Positions 25,717-37,251 of a DNA stretch of 64,000 bases are shown one piece after another (position 1 is the stretch's first letter; every line of letters starts with the position of its first letter). Source of the stretch: Craspedostauros australis (lineage: Eukaryota). Made by a program: the position numbers and the translations under genes. The DNA lies in contig JALAGF010001625.1 in NCBI GenBank assembly GCA_030167865.1, forward strand, positions 1 through 64,000, written 5' to 3'. The notes beneath the pieces were generated by a model, which worked only from the letters and a program-made list of their open reading frames with translations, was not told the origin of the DNA and ran no database searches.

Positions 25717-27807
25717 TTAAGCATACTTCAAGTGCCGAGCGCATGATTCCTTCCTCGCCGTCTTGCTGATCTCGTTCAACCCACCGCTGATCACGGTTGC
25801 GAAGAACTCCTCGAAGACTGTCGGGTCTGACATCAGCACCTTCGATCCGAACCTTGCCACCAGCAGTTTCAGACCGTACACCATGCGGCTGCGCTGCGCA
25901 CGCGATTGCGTCTGGAACATCACCTTCGTTCCATCCAGGCCACGCACCATGAAGCACTCATCCTCCTTGCAGAACGGGTACACCTTGCGATCCAACGTGC
26001 GCGATTTCGTCTTGCGCCGGTCAGAGAACGTCAGGATGCGCACGATGTCCAGCAATTCGATGCTTCGGACCTCCAGCTTCGGGATCACGGGTCGCGCCTT
26101 GAGGCTTCTTGGTGCCAGCTCTTGACGGTGGTGCTGCCTCGTGCCCGTGTCATGCCCCTGATCCACCTTCCAGCACAGCTTGGGGGGCACCAGCGAGCGA
26201 TTCAGCCTCTGCCCGCGCTCCACCCACGTCTTCACGGCGACAGGACGGGATCGGTCGGCGTCGTGCCACACCACCGTCATGCCGCAGTTCATCCACTCTT
26301 CCACGTAATCCAGGAAGGCGCCGCGTTCATCACTTCGTGCGCGAATGCGGGAGGGGATGCGCTGTGTGTACGCCTGCGTGTACAGTTGCGCGGACTGACC
26401 CTTCATCACACCAACAGATGACGATGCCCGCACCATGTTCACCCTAGATGGACCGCAATTCTCCTTGTCGAAGGACTCCCGTGATGTCGTCATGAAGCAT
26501 TCGGGGTCGCTGTCGTAGGATGCGTTGTCATCGAAGGAGTTCGTGATCTTCATGGGCCGCTTCACCGGCGACTCCCTCAGCACGGGTTGCGTGCAACCGG
26601 CCAGCAGGAAGGATGCAAAGTCCTGCTCCGGCTGACCATGGATGTCCTTCTTGGATTGGGTCAGGAAACCTTTCGCGTGTTGTGTCAATGAGAACGACAT
26701 CACCCTGCGTGAGTCTTGCTGTGTCCCGTCGGACTGCTGTTGATCGAAAGGGTGTAGCTGTCTGTGAAGTCGCTGCATGCGATGCTTGCGCTGCCTCCAA
26801 CCGGTCCGCTTCTTCAGCAGCTTCTGCAGCTCGATCAGTTCGGCGGGCAGAAGGGCCACCTTCTTGGGGCTCTCCAACGCTTCGTTGCCCAGGAAACACG
26901 ACCAGGACTGCCACTGCGATGTCTCGTTGGATGCGTCTTGGTTCATGGTCGGCATAACGCAAGGTGCACCGCCAATTCGGATGCTGGCATCGAAGTCCAA
27001 GTCCATGGATGCGTCCAGATCCATGTCAGCATCGTTGTCACCATCGAGGCCATCGCCTCCAAGGGAGCTTCGGATGCACTCTTCGATGTTTGAGGATGGA
27101 GTCGCGGGAACTGCGGTGCCTGCGTTGTTTGTGTCAGGCTGGTACGTCAATTGTGTTGGCGGAGGTGACTGTGACGGCGACGATGATGACGATGATGACG
27201 TCGTGCAGCACATGAATGGATGAATTGACAGAGGTGAAACTGTGTGCACGATCTTCTCTTCCGCTTCACTTGTGGGCGTCGATGCGTGATCGACCACAAT
27301 GCCTTTGGCGTGTGTCAGCTCGTAAGGATGAGAGTGGTGATGATCAAGCGTGGTAGTTAGATGAGGCATTTGTCCATCAGATGGTTGCAGTGCCAGCGCT
27401 GGGCTGATGTCCTGATCCGAGCTTGCGATCGTAGCCGTCTCAGCTGTCGTGGGCGTGTTGTCAATATCCAGCAGCGATGTTGTTCCGTTTTGCTTCTCGG
27501 GTGTCACCAAGTTGACGTCCCTGCTCCGACTGTTGTTTCGAATGTTGCCATTGCCATTCCGTCTGTCAATGTTTAGTTGCAGCATGTTGAGGGTGACCTC
27601 GATAGCCTCGTCGTCAACTGCATCCCGTTTCGCGTCGTCGTTCGCCTCGTTAGACGAATAGCGGTTGAAAGACACACGCTTAACGTTTGAATCTGATCGT
27701 CCGTTCATGGTGTTGCGATTGCTCGTACAAGTATTGCGGCGTGGAGCAAGTGTCTTCGTGGCGTGTCCTCTTTGGTCTTTGGTGTGTACCGTCACGATCG
27801 TGTTCAT
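25717..27807 (-). CDS. Hypothetical protein with long disordered N-terminus and C-terminal PH-like domain
   Basis: Long ORF; the C-terminal pattern (SIELLDIVRI...CFMV...VMFQTQSRAQRSRMVYGLKLL) fits beta strands followed by a terminal helix, as in PH folds. Start codon uncertain. Confidence 0.6.
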   Translation of the reverse strand: MNTIVTVHTKDQRGHATKTLAPRRNTCTSNRNTMNGRSDSNVKRVSFNRYSSNEANDDAKRDAVDDEAIEVTLNMLQLNIDRRNGNGNIRNNSRSRDVNLVTPEKQNGTTSLLDIDNTPTTAETATIASSDQDISPALALQPSDGQMPHLTTTLDHHHSHPYELTHAKGIVVDHASTPTSEAEEKIVHTVSPLSIHPFMCCTTSSSSSSSPSQSPPPTQLTYQPDTNNAGTAVPATPSSNIEECIRSSLGGDGLDGDNDADMDLDASMDLDFDASIRIGGAPCVMPTMNQDASNETSQWQSWSCFLGNEALESPKKVALLPAELIELQKLLKKRTGWRQRKHRMQRLHRQLHPFDQQQSDGTQQDSRRVMSFSLTQHAKGFLTQSKKDIHGQPEQDFASFLLAGCTQPVLRESPVKRPMKITNSFDDNASYDSDPECFMTTSRESFDKENCGPSRVNMVRASSSVGVMKGQSAQLYTQAYTQRIPSRIRARSDERGAFLDYVEEWMNCGMTVVWHDADRSRPVAVKTWVERGQRLNRSLVPPKLCWKVDQGHDTGTRQHHRQELAPRSLKARPVIPKLEVRSIELLDIVRILTFSDRRKTKSRTLDRKVYPFCKEDECFMVRGLDGTKVMFQTQSRAQRSRMVYGLKLLVARFGSKVLMSDPTVFEEFFATVISGGLNEISKTARKESCARHLKYA

Positions 27808-28238
27808 GATGGCACAGATTGTGAGCGCGACGAGCTCACTGCGCACCGAAAGATGGGAAGGCAGAGATGCCGCAGTGATGGATTCGGAAGCAAATCTTGA
27901 ATTGCTGTGGCGCAACGTGAGTGTTGGGTTGAGGGTGGTCGGCAGTGGCCGTGGGAAATGACGGAAGCAACGATGAAGCACACCAAAGTGTATGTGCACG
28001 GAGTGATTGCACAGAACCGAGAGATTGCGGTTTGCGATGTCTTGGTTTGCAAAAGAGCGCACGAGTACGAGTATGTGCTAATGCGAGTACGTCTGCTACT
28101 CTGGTGGAGTGCAAGTCTTGCTATCGGCGTGGTTGTGCATGTATGGTACTCGTATGGTACGAACTTGGAGTGGATCGGATGGCCTTCCTCAGGCTGTGTG
28201 TCGACGCTGGGATGTGCTCGGGATGGAGTTGGATTGTG

Positions 28239-28366
28239 TTGACTTGAGTTGGGTTGGGGTTGATCGTTCTTTTGTCCGGTTCCCTGAGTTCAGCTGAGTT
28301 GAGCACAGACAAACTGAACTGACCTCAACTGAGCTGTGCTTAACTGAGTTGAGTTGAATTGAGTTG
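28239..28366. repeat. Degenerate array of CAACTG/GAACTG/GAGTTG-like short motifs in both orientations, intergenic
   Basis: gagttcagctgagttgagc...aactgaactgacctcaactgagc...aactgagttgagttgaattgagttg. Confidence 0.6.
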
Positions 28367-29142
28367 CAAACGGTTACTGGGTTCATTTCAAGTTCATCAA
28401 TTCAAATTGAATGGAGTTGGATCGGAGATGTGGACGAAAAGTGGTTCTGTCGCTTTCCTCCGCAACAAGGAGAAGCGACACGTTGTGTGAGGTCAGCAGC
28501 GCGTGATTGGTCACTGTTCTTTCGCCCCTGTTTTCTGCCTGTCTCATTTGAGCATTGTGAGAATTGTCGGGATGGTCGGCGCCTTGTTCTTGAATTTAAA
28601 TTCGCGTGCACTATTAACGATCTGAACATGTGCCAAAACATCATTGTAACGACTGCGCCTAATCAACCACGAACTAAATGCATCCAACACATGAATTCAA
28701 ACGACTCCGCAAATGTCGCTCTCACTCTTCTGTTTGTCCGTGAATACAAAGGAAAACAACACCGAAGCGAAGGTGAGTACTTCGGAGAGTGTAGGCAGTA
28801 GTTGCAGAAGATGTGAACGAAGCAAGAGACGGAGAGAGAGAGATGTGCGCAATCTCGAACACTCTACTCACACTCTACTATGAATATCTTCAGTAGCGTC
28901 AGCAGCCACCCCAAGTCCCAATGATGATGGTGTGCCTCCTATTGCTCTATTCATCTTGAATTGAGGAACTTGTGAGGTATTATGTCGTAGTGCAGAGAGT
29001 ATATCCATGCTCTTTGAGTCCTGCATTCTCTGTTGCTCTAGTTGTTTGATACTGCTCCACTGCCGTGGCAATAGGGCATATAGTGCACACTCCTACTCCA
29101 CTGCGCTCTGCTATTGTACGTACTGCGCTCTGCCCACCTACT

Positions 29143-32067
29143 CTACTTGACGATGAGAACATCGCGGTTTCGGATCGACCGGACTGTCTTGGATTCGTCG
29201 CCTGCCGCTGCCTCTTCCTTGATCACCGGTACGAACTTGGGGAAGATACGCTTGTATAGAGGCAGGCACACGGTGTCATGCTGCTTGATGGGAGCGTTGA
29301 AGAGGCACTTCATGGTACCGTGCTCACCGACGCTCTGCTCGATGTTGCCCTGGAGACCGTGCTTCGTCACCAACCCTGCTGGCTTGAACCACTTCACATC
29401 GTCCGGGTTGTAGAACATGTACTTGACCGTGGCATGGCGCTTGTGAACGCGGGTTGGGTATCCCGTGAGCACGATGCGTTTGATGATGATGCGATCCGCG
29501 TCCGACCCCAGCATGGAACCGATGGCCACCATCTCCAACGACGATGGCTCACCTTCGATCTTGCGCTGGCGGAACACGAGGATGGGGGACGGCGTGTAGG
29601 TGACGGGACCGAAGACACTGGCCGCAAAGAATCCGCCGGGTGGTGGCATGAAACGCTCCATCTTGTGCTTGTCGCTGTTGAGGTTGTGCTGCGAGAAGAC
29701 GGGGCGTCCCTCCCACGTTCGCCAGCCGCAACGGAAGATGAGAGTGTCCTTGGACTTGATGGGAGGATCCACATCGAGTGTGTCGGAGGGTGTCTTGCTC
29801 AGACCCATGTGCAGGACGGAGACCTTGTTCTCGTGTGGCAGCAACGTCACCAACGAGAGCAGCGAATCAGGACAGACGCCGTTGAAAGCATCCTGCGAAA
29901 CGTTGGCCAAGGTGACCGTGATGTAGGAACCGGAAGGCACGCATCCCTCCAGTATGTCGTCATCGTCTTCTTCGTCTTCGCTGATCATGGCCGCATCCGC
30001 ATCAACTTTGCCGTTCTTCGACTGATCGTCTGCCGACTTGATCACCCCGTTCCAGAAGCTGCCACCGCAGCTCTGGGAGGCTCGCATGAGGTCCTTCATC
30101 TCCAGCATGACGGACCGTTGCGTGGCCTTGAAGTTGGCAAAGTGGTATATCGATGCGTACGTGTCGGGCAGGTTCTCCTTGGGATCCCATTGCGATTTGC
30201 GGAAGCTCTTGAGGGCACGGTATCGCGCGAATCTCTCGCTCGCATTCTCGCCCTCCAAGACTTGCACCTCGTCCGGGAACTCCGCGTGCTCCTGCTCCTC
30301 CTTGCGACGCTGCTCCAGGAGGGCCTTGCGCTCCTCCTCGGAGATCTGGTTGGCATCCTCGAGTTCCATGGCATCAGCTGGTGCGACCGAAGCGCTCGAC
30401 GGCTTCTGATTGAGCTGGCGGGCGAGCTCACCGTAATCCATGTCGTCATTGTTGAGGGAGTCATCGTCCACCGCACCCAGCCAGGCCGACTGGTAATCCG
30501 ACCATCCGGCCGGTCGCGCGAAGTTGTCCTCCTGCTCGTCCTTGCCTTCTCCATTCTGATCGTGCTGGCCATCGGCATCGTCAAAGCCGATGAGATTCTG
30601 CTCTCCCTCCAGGGCATCGGGCGTTGCGAACATCTGCAGGGACTCCTGTATGTCTGGATCGGGATGGATGGCGTGCTCGTCAAAGTCCGCATCCATGCTG
30701 GCGTTTCCACTGCCAGTGCTGCCGCCCTTGTTCTTGTTCGTGTTCTTGTTGCGGTAGTACGGATGCTTGGATCGTTTGAGCGATTTGCATTGGAACGTGC
30801 CAAGATTGGGAACATGCATGAGAGCATTGACATCGAAGGGCACCAAACCCCGAACGTAGCCTGTGATTTGAAACTCCTGCGTTGCTGCATCGTACGTGTG
30901 CCGATCAGACAGGATGTGCGCTCTCGGCAGCTGCGACACCCACTTTGTGGGCGATGCGGAGATCGTGCAGAGCGTCCGAACGAACGATGCTGCCAGCGTG
31001 CGCTTCGTGTGCTCTGCCACATCCACCATGGAATCAGCTGCCTTCGCCATGCCTCCCTCGCTGCTGTTGTCGTCGTTGTCGTCCATGGCAAAGTCCTCGG
31101 CACTGGCCTTCGGGGTGATGTCCACCTCGATCACCTTCTCGTTGTTGACGCCGAACTCCGTGGTCGCGAATCTGCCAATGTACTTCTTGAGATCCACCTT
31201 GCGCTTGATGTTGGATCGTCGGATGCTCTTGGCGCTCTGCGTGGTCATGTGATCCTCCGCGAAGGCGTCCGGGTCATGCCTGGTCTTGGCGAGCAGGGTG
31301 ATGACGCGCGGCAGACCCTGTCCTTTGACGGCCGTGAGGACCTTGTCACCGCGCTGGCTGATGAGATGATCCCAGTCCTGCACCGAGGTGGCGTTGGAGC
31401 GTTTGGTGGAGACGGAGGGGTCTTCGCTCGTGCCGATGCTCATCCCCAGGACGTTGTCATCGGGACGCGCGCCGTTGCCATCCACGGCGAAGAGGATGAT
31501 GTCGCAGACACGGCACATGTCGAGGGCGGAAAGCACGGAGGAGTCGTCCGCGGTGTGACCGTGAGTTGAGTAGTGAGATCGGAAGGAAGTGGAGTTGGTG
31601 AGAATGGTGAGGTTCCCATCCTTCTTGTGCGCCTCGTGCTTGGTGTGGATGGTGGCCTGGCCGTCATCGTTGCTGCTGTCGGCCTCCTTGCCATTGGCAG
31701 TGATTCCAAAGGTCTTGATGACCCTGTCTGCCTGACTGAGGATGAGGGAACGCACGGCCTCCTCCAGATCTCGCTCGTCTTCCGCCAGACTGACGATCCC
31801 CACGATCCTGGCGGGCGACGGTCCACCGTCGATGCCCCTCCTGCGGCGCAGGACCTCCAAGCGCTTGGCCTCGCGACGCTGCTGCTGGATGTGCCTGCGG
31901 TCGTTCTTGGAATGCGCGACGAGAGCCTGCTTGAAGCCGACGCGGCCGTGTCCATCCTGAACCTTTCCTCCGTTGAGACGGGAGAAGCTGCGCTTGGAGG
32001 CCTTGTTGCGCTTGTTCTTCTTGTTCGATTGCCGCAGCGACCCGGATCGGTGGTGGTGGCCTGGCAT
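29143..32067 (-). CDS. TSR1: Pre-rRNA processing protein TSR1 (40S biogenesis)
   Basis: N-terminal HRSGSLRQSNK; motifs EFPDEV, ERFARYRALKSFRKSQWDPKENLP, IIIKRIVLTGYP, VKYMFYNPDDVKWFKP, GEHGTMKC and LYKRIFPK. Confidence 0.95.
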   Translation of the reverse strand: MPGHHHRSGSLRQSNKKNKRNKASKRSFSRLNGGKVQDGHGRVGFKQALVAHSKNDRRHIQQQRREAKRLEVLRRRRGIDGGPSPARIVGIVSLAEDERDLEEAVRSLILSQADRVIKTFGITANGKEADSSNDDGQATIHTKHEAHKKDGNLTILTNSTSFRSHYSTHGHTADDSSVLSALDMCRVCDIILFAVDGNGARPDDNVLGMSIGTSEDPSVSTKRSNATSVQDWDHLISQRGDKVLTAVKGQGLPRVITLLAKTRHDPDAFAEDHMTTQSAKSIRRSNIKRKVDLKKYIGRFATTEFGVNNEKVIEVDITPKASAEDFAMDDNDDNSSEGGMAKAADSMVDVAEHTKRTLAASFVRTLCTISASPTKWVSQLPRAHILSDRHTYDAATQEFQITGYVRGLVPFDVNALMHVPNLGTFQCKSLKRSKHPYYRNKNTNKNKGGSTGSGNASMDADFDEHAIHPDPDIQESLQMFATPDALEGEQNLIGFDDADGQHDQNGEGKDEQEDNFARPAGWSDYQSAWLGAVDDDSLNNDDMDYGELARQLNQKPSSASVAPADAMELEDANQISEEERKALLEQRRKEEQEHAEFPDEVQVLEGENASERFARYRALKSFRKSQWDPKENLPDTYASIYHFANFKATQRSVMLEMKDLMRASQSCGGSFWNGVIKSADDQSKNGKVDADAAMISEDEEDDDDILEGCVPSGSYITVTLANVSQDAFNGVCPDSLLSLVTLLPHENKVSVLHMGLSKTPSDTLDVDPPIKSKDTLIFRCGWRTWEGRPVFSQHNLNSDKHKMERFMPPPGGFFAASVFGPVTYTPSPILVFRQRKIEGEPSSLEMVAIGSMLGSDADRIIIKRIVLTGYPTRVHKRHATVKYMFYNPDDVKWFKPAGLVTKHGLQGNIEQSVGEHGTMKCLFNAPIKQHDTVCLPLYKRIFPKFVPVIKEEAAAGDESKTVRSIRNRDVLIVK

Positions 32068-32806
32068 CGTCCTATATGTTGATTCGTGTGGATAGCTGTG
32101 GATGAGAGATTGGCCCTCTCTCGCTCTCTCTTGACCAGCCTGTCGTCCTGCTATTGTGTTGGCGTCAATGCCAATGGAATCAATCTTGTGGAGTGATGGT
32201 GCAATCATTTTTGTTCTTTCTCGTTGCCGTGAGGAGCGTGGGGGAGGAAGTTGCGGAAACAGAGCTGATGAAGAACGCTCACATTTTGTTGGTGTTCGTC
32301 TTTGGGTTATGGGTTTTTGAGTCTACGCACAAACCTAGACGTGGTGTCGAACTGCGAAAACCAACGAGCACGAGCGTGCATGATACCAGGACAGCACTAC
32401 GATCGGTAACATTTGATTGCCAATGTTCTCACAATACATTAAGTTCACACGCTTTCAAGAGAGAAGACAGCACTGGGGATGAATTGACCGCCCTATGCTG
32501 TGGATTGCGGTTGCATTATGCAAGACCGTGATCTGGCGGCAATTGAAGAAGGTCCTACTTGTGCTCCACAGAGGCATCATGCACTTGACAGCGGCTGTGT
32601 GTGTACAGTGTAGTATTGGTCTGATGTTGCTGCTATGGTACTGGTACTGTGTTGGTTTAAGCATGTTGGGCTGTGTTGTGTTGGTGGAGTAGGAGGTAGA
32701 GCTGAGTGTATGTATAATGCTATATCACACTAGTACCGTGTTCATCCGCTGCTGCTCCATTGGTTTGAAAGACATGCGAGACTCTCTGGCTCTTTTGTGT
32801 TGCTGT

Positions 32807-34493
32807 TTAGACGAGCTCGATGATGGCCATCTTGGCGTTGTCTCCCTGACGGGCGACGGTTCTGAGAACTCGTGTGTATCCTCCGTTGCGGTCGGCGTAA
32901 CGATCGGCGGCGGCATCGAAGAGAGAGTGGACGAGCTGCTTGTCGTAGATCCATGCCATGGCCTGACGGCGGGAGTGCAAGTCTCCGCGCTTTCCGAGCT
33001 CGATCATGTGGTCGACGTGCTTGCGGACGGCACGGGCGCGGATGAGGGTGGTCTTGATGCGTCCGTGTCGGATGGTCTCGGTCGTGAGGGCGCGGAGGAG
33101 GGCCTTGCGCTGGTCGGCAGGCTTTCCGAGCTTCTTGAATCCCTTGCGGTGGGAGATCATTTCCAGGGAGGTGGAGCTTCTGGTCTCAACACGGTCCATG
33201 GCTGTGACTGGCTTACCGACGAAGCTGGTTCCGCCGGTGACTGCAGGTTGGGTTGCGTCAGAATAGGTAGGTTGTGGACGCAGGGGGGGGGAGGGAGGAG
33301 GGAGGCAGACGATGGGAACAAGAGACCACAATGAAAGGGTGAGAGAGAGGGTATGGGGACGTTGACATGGTTCATACAAGGTGTCTGGCAGTGTTCGTCA
33401 GTGTTTGGTGTTGGATGGAGGTGGAGCAGAGGAGATGATGTGGGGGCGAAGTTGGGCCAGATGTGGATGAAGAGAACTGTTTTGGTTGTGCAATGAACTG
33501 GTGTGTGTGTGTGCGTGTTTGCGTGTGCGTGTTGTTGAGCCATCAGCACTTGATGTGTGTCCGTGCACTTCCATGGATGTACATGTGTATGTTCATGTGC
33601 GAATGTGATGGGTGTGGCAGTAGATCGATGCCAATTGAGGTGTTGTGCATGATGTTCTTCTTGATTGGCCGCAGTAGTTTGCTTGTTTGCTTGTTCTTTG
33701 ATCTGCCTCGGACACATCAGCTGATTGGCGTCAGGTTTGATGTGATGGCCGCAAGGAAAGGAGCGGCTTAATGAAGTCACTGTGCCTTGCCATGCCATCA
33801 TCACGAAGCTGTCTCCCATCAGAGTTGGAATTGAGCATGCTGCGATGTTGCACTCCATCCCTGTTGGAAGGACTTGACACCACACTGTGTTGTGGAGTAT
33901 GGTAGTTGCATTGAGTCTTCTTTGTTCTCTTTGCAGTTCTGGAAGCGCGCTGGGTTGAACCCTGTTCACATCGGATGGCCCAACACAACCCATCCTGACT
34001 TGTGGCCTTGCCCTTCGTTTCATTTCGTTTCATTGAGTTGATTGCACTCTGTCTGGCCTGTGCGTCTCAGAAGCATGGTATGGTGTCAGGATGAATGGCG
34101 ACTTCTCATGACTCGACGCCACCCCACATTGTCTGGTATCGTATCGTATCGCATGGTATGGCGAGGTATTCAACACAACTTGATCGTCGGCTGTGATGTG
34201 CCAGGTCCCGAGTATGCCATGGCATGCCCTGACACGGCGTTGCGTTGCAGGTGTTCACCGCTCCCATCACTGCCTCTCTCACTATCTCTATCACTGCCTC
34301 CATCACTATCTCTATCACTGTCTCTACTCTTCCGTAACCCCAACAACCTCCACTCGAGACATCAACAGACGCTATCCATCGGTAACTTGAGACGGCCTCC
34401 AGCAAGCTCCGACAAAACTCCGACAAACAACTCCAACATACCGAAAGCAGAGGCTCCGGCAAGGAGCAAAAGGAAGGAAAGGATGCGCATCAT
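32807..34493 (-). CDS. rpl17: Nuclear-encoded plastid ribosomal protein L17 (bL17); exons 34493-34442 and 33240-32807
   Basis: Motifs [26 protein letters not shown] and GGYTRV...[11 protein letters not shown]. Spliced N-terminus [21 protein letters not shown] is an ASAF bipartite presequence. Phase-1 intron of 1201 nt (GTATGT...GCAG). Confidence 0.93.
34266..34325. repeat. 12-nt minisatellite (about ATCACTRYCTCY) x5 in the rpl17 intron
   Basis: Read directly from the sequence. Confidence 0.8.
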
Positions 34494-35552
34494 CTTGTCT
34501 GTTGATTTGTCTGGTTGCTACTGGAGACGTGTTTGTGGTTGTGTGTTCGCACGGTTGGTTGATGGGACTCTGATGTTCACCTCCTTGATGTCCAAGTGGA
34601 TGTTGCGTCTGGCTGATGATGGTGATGGTGATGGCGATGGCGGTGGTGCTACCAGAACCAACAAGAACGGCAACAGACAACACAGAGAGAGGAGAGAAGG
34701 AAGGCAGAAGGGACAAACAAGACTACGGCGACGGACAGAACGGAACGGGGCAAGAAAGAAAAGGAAAGGAAACACCACAAAACACACAACCACCGCGAAA
34801 CAACCACAAGACAACGTGGAGGCAAGAAAACACGCTGAGCGAGGAACAGTCGCCGATTCACACGAAACAACACTGGCACCGCCTGTTTGGTTGGTTGATG
34901 GCTCGCCAGCTGGCTTCGCACTGGTTTGGAATCCAATTTCTCGCTGGGTGGTTTTGCGTGTTGGCTGTGGTCTGTCGTGTTGTGCGTGTCTTTTTGTGGT
35001 GAGCCAAGTAAGTACGTCAGCTGGTGATGGCAGCTGATTGTCCGACTCATCTGACCTCAACAAGACATTCCATCGACATGGACAAATCACTTGTTGACGC
35101 TGGTGAGAATGGAATCTGGAAAGGTGAGTGGAACACTCGGGAATAGAAGAAGGGTGAAACACGAAAGAAGGGAGGTCTGGCACAGAAGAGCAAAGCCATC
35201 AACACGGAAACAGCCGCGATTTGTCTTCTCCTGTCGTTGTGCGCGCAATTTGTGCGGTGGTGCTGATGTTTCGCACACCGACGCTGGACGAACAGCGAGA
35301 ACACATCAACTTCTGAGCAGATTGGGAAGAGACGAAAATACCCTTTGTTGGTCTCTCCTTGTCTCTCTCTCTCTCTCTCTCTCTTGTGGGTAACCGCTCC
35401 TGTGCCATCATCGGCCAACCATCCAGGACAGGTGGCATCAAGCGTAGCAACAGCACCATCAACAACAACAAGTCCCGCAGGCAGCCATCAACATCAACAT
35501 CGATCCAAGCACCTCCCAACACCCAAACGCTCGACAACCTAAAACCACCAAG

Positions 35553-36790
35553 ATGAAGACTGCCGTTATCCTCTCCACCCTCCTTGCCGGAGCCCAATCC
35601 TTCGGTGAGTCCAGCCTTCCTTCCTTTTGTGCTTGCGCCTGGGCTGAGGCCTCGGGTCTGCGGCTGGTTTTCATCTCCGTCTCTTCCTTCGGTGGTCCGT
35701 GTTCTGTGCAGGAAGGCGGCGCGTGATGCCTTGTTGGCGTGATGCTCAGTTTCTGCATTCGAGGTGTTGTCTTGGACGATGGTTACCGCAGCAGCGATGG
35801 AGAAGGGAATCACAATCGTCACTGAGCAAGTTGGCAGTTGACAGTTAGCAGTTGACAGTTAGCAGTTGACAGTTGACCAAGAACACGATTGAGCCAATCG
35901 TTCTGCGTGTGGCAACACTTAATGGAGTTACCCTTCATCTCTCTTCGATGTTATTTCAAAGGAGCACGCTGATGATTGTATTCCATTTCAAGAGTGCAAT
36001 TCTCATGCACAATTCAATACACGTTACAAGCATCTCACCCATCAACAACCGACAATCTCCGCAACCATCACTGCGGTCACTTCTCTGCTCTTGACGACCT
36101 CCCCACGTATTGCTGCGGACAATGCCCTCACTCAAACTTGATTCCATCCGCAACCAACTCGGTCTCCAATGCACTTCTGCGCCCATCACATCTGCCCACC
36201 GTGGACAAATGGATTAACCGACACGTTCCAAATCAACTCATTTGGTGGTTCCCTTTCGTGGAAACAATTGCGATCACAACGACGACGGTGATGTGCATGG
36301 TCATGGTCATGACAACGATTATGATCATGATGATGATGATGGAAATGATGAACGACGTGCTTCCCCATCACATGAACATCTGAATGAATGAATGAACAAA
36401 CGAACAATTCCACGGAAACTCGAATGAAAACTGAACAACACGCACACAGGCATCACACCAGTCACACAGAATGCCCGCGTCAGCACCCAACTGAAGGCAA
36501 TGATCCCAGAGGAAGAAATGTCCGCCGAGCAGCTCAAGATTTTGGAGATCCAGAAGAAGTGGTCCGAGGCCAGACACCTCACCAGGGAGGAGGCAGAGAA
36601 GACCCTTGACGAGGAGTGGCTCGCCGCCTACAACAGATTCTTCGAGAAGTACGATGATGACATGGTGCGCATGGAGGAGATCGCCGAAAAGGTCCAGGCC
36701 ATGATCGAGCCACCGAAGATGCCCAAGAAGAGCAAGGGACAGAAGAGACGCGATGCCATCGCACGCAAGATCGCACGTGCCCAGGCATAA
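35553..36790 (+). CDS. Small plastid-targeted protein of unknown function (about 130 aa); exons 35553-35604 and 36450-36790
   Basis: Spliced N-terminus MKTAVILSTLLAGAQSF-GITPVTQNARVSTQLKA is a signal plus transit peptide. Phase-1 intron GTGAGT...ACAG; strong codon bias; basic C-terminus KKSKGQKRRDAIARKIARAQA. Confidence 0.8.
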
Positions 36791-37251
36791 ATTCTCCCTC
36801 CCTTGGCATTGGAATACGATCTAGGTACCTACACGATCCATCCACATTCGTCTACCCCATCACATCATACCACACCATCCAACTGTAACACCATCACGGT
36901 ACTCGTAAACTGAGCAGACAGCACTACCACACATACATACGCGCACTTCCAAACCATGGCCTACCATGCCAATATGATGTGCCCAAGTCCTCTCCTTGTA
37001 TTGCATCTCATGAAGTCTTGTGTGTATATCGTGCTACTAGTATTCGTCCGCGCGTTCTTCTGTAGGAGCATCATGGATCGTTGATGACACCAACTGGATT
37101 GAATCGACCACTGGAGAGTACAACAGTCAAAGCAGCAGCGACAACCACAACCACAGATACGAGGAGAATGCTGACATTCATGATGAACCACGTGGAGTAG
37201 AGTAGAGTATAGTGTATCCAAGTGCTGCCTGCAGTCCGGGGCTGCCCTTAT

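Noticed and set aside
29278-31569. 763-aa + strand ORF antisense to TSR1
   Set aside because: In-register shadow of a C/G-ending, codon-biased gene; no recognisable motifs.
34042-35037. 331-aa + strand ORF
   Set aside because: Spans the rpl17 intron, antisense exon 1 and promoter; built from simple repeats.
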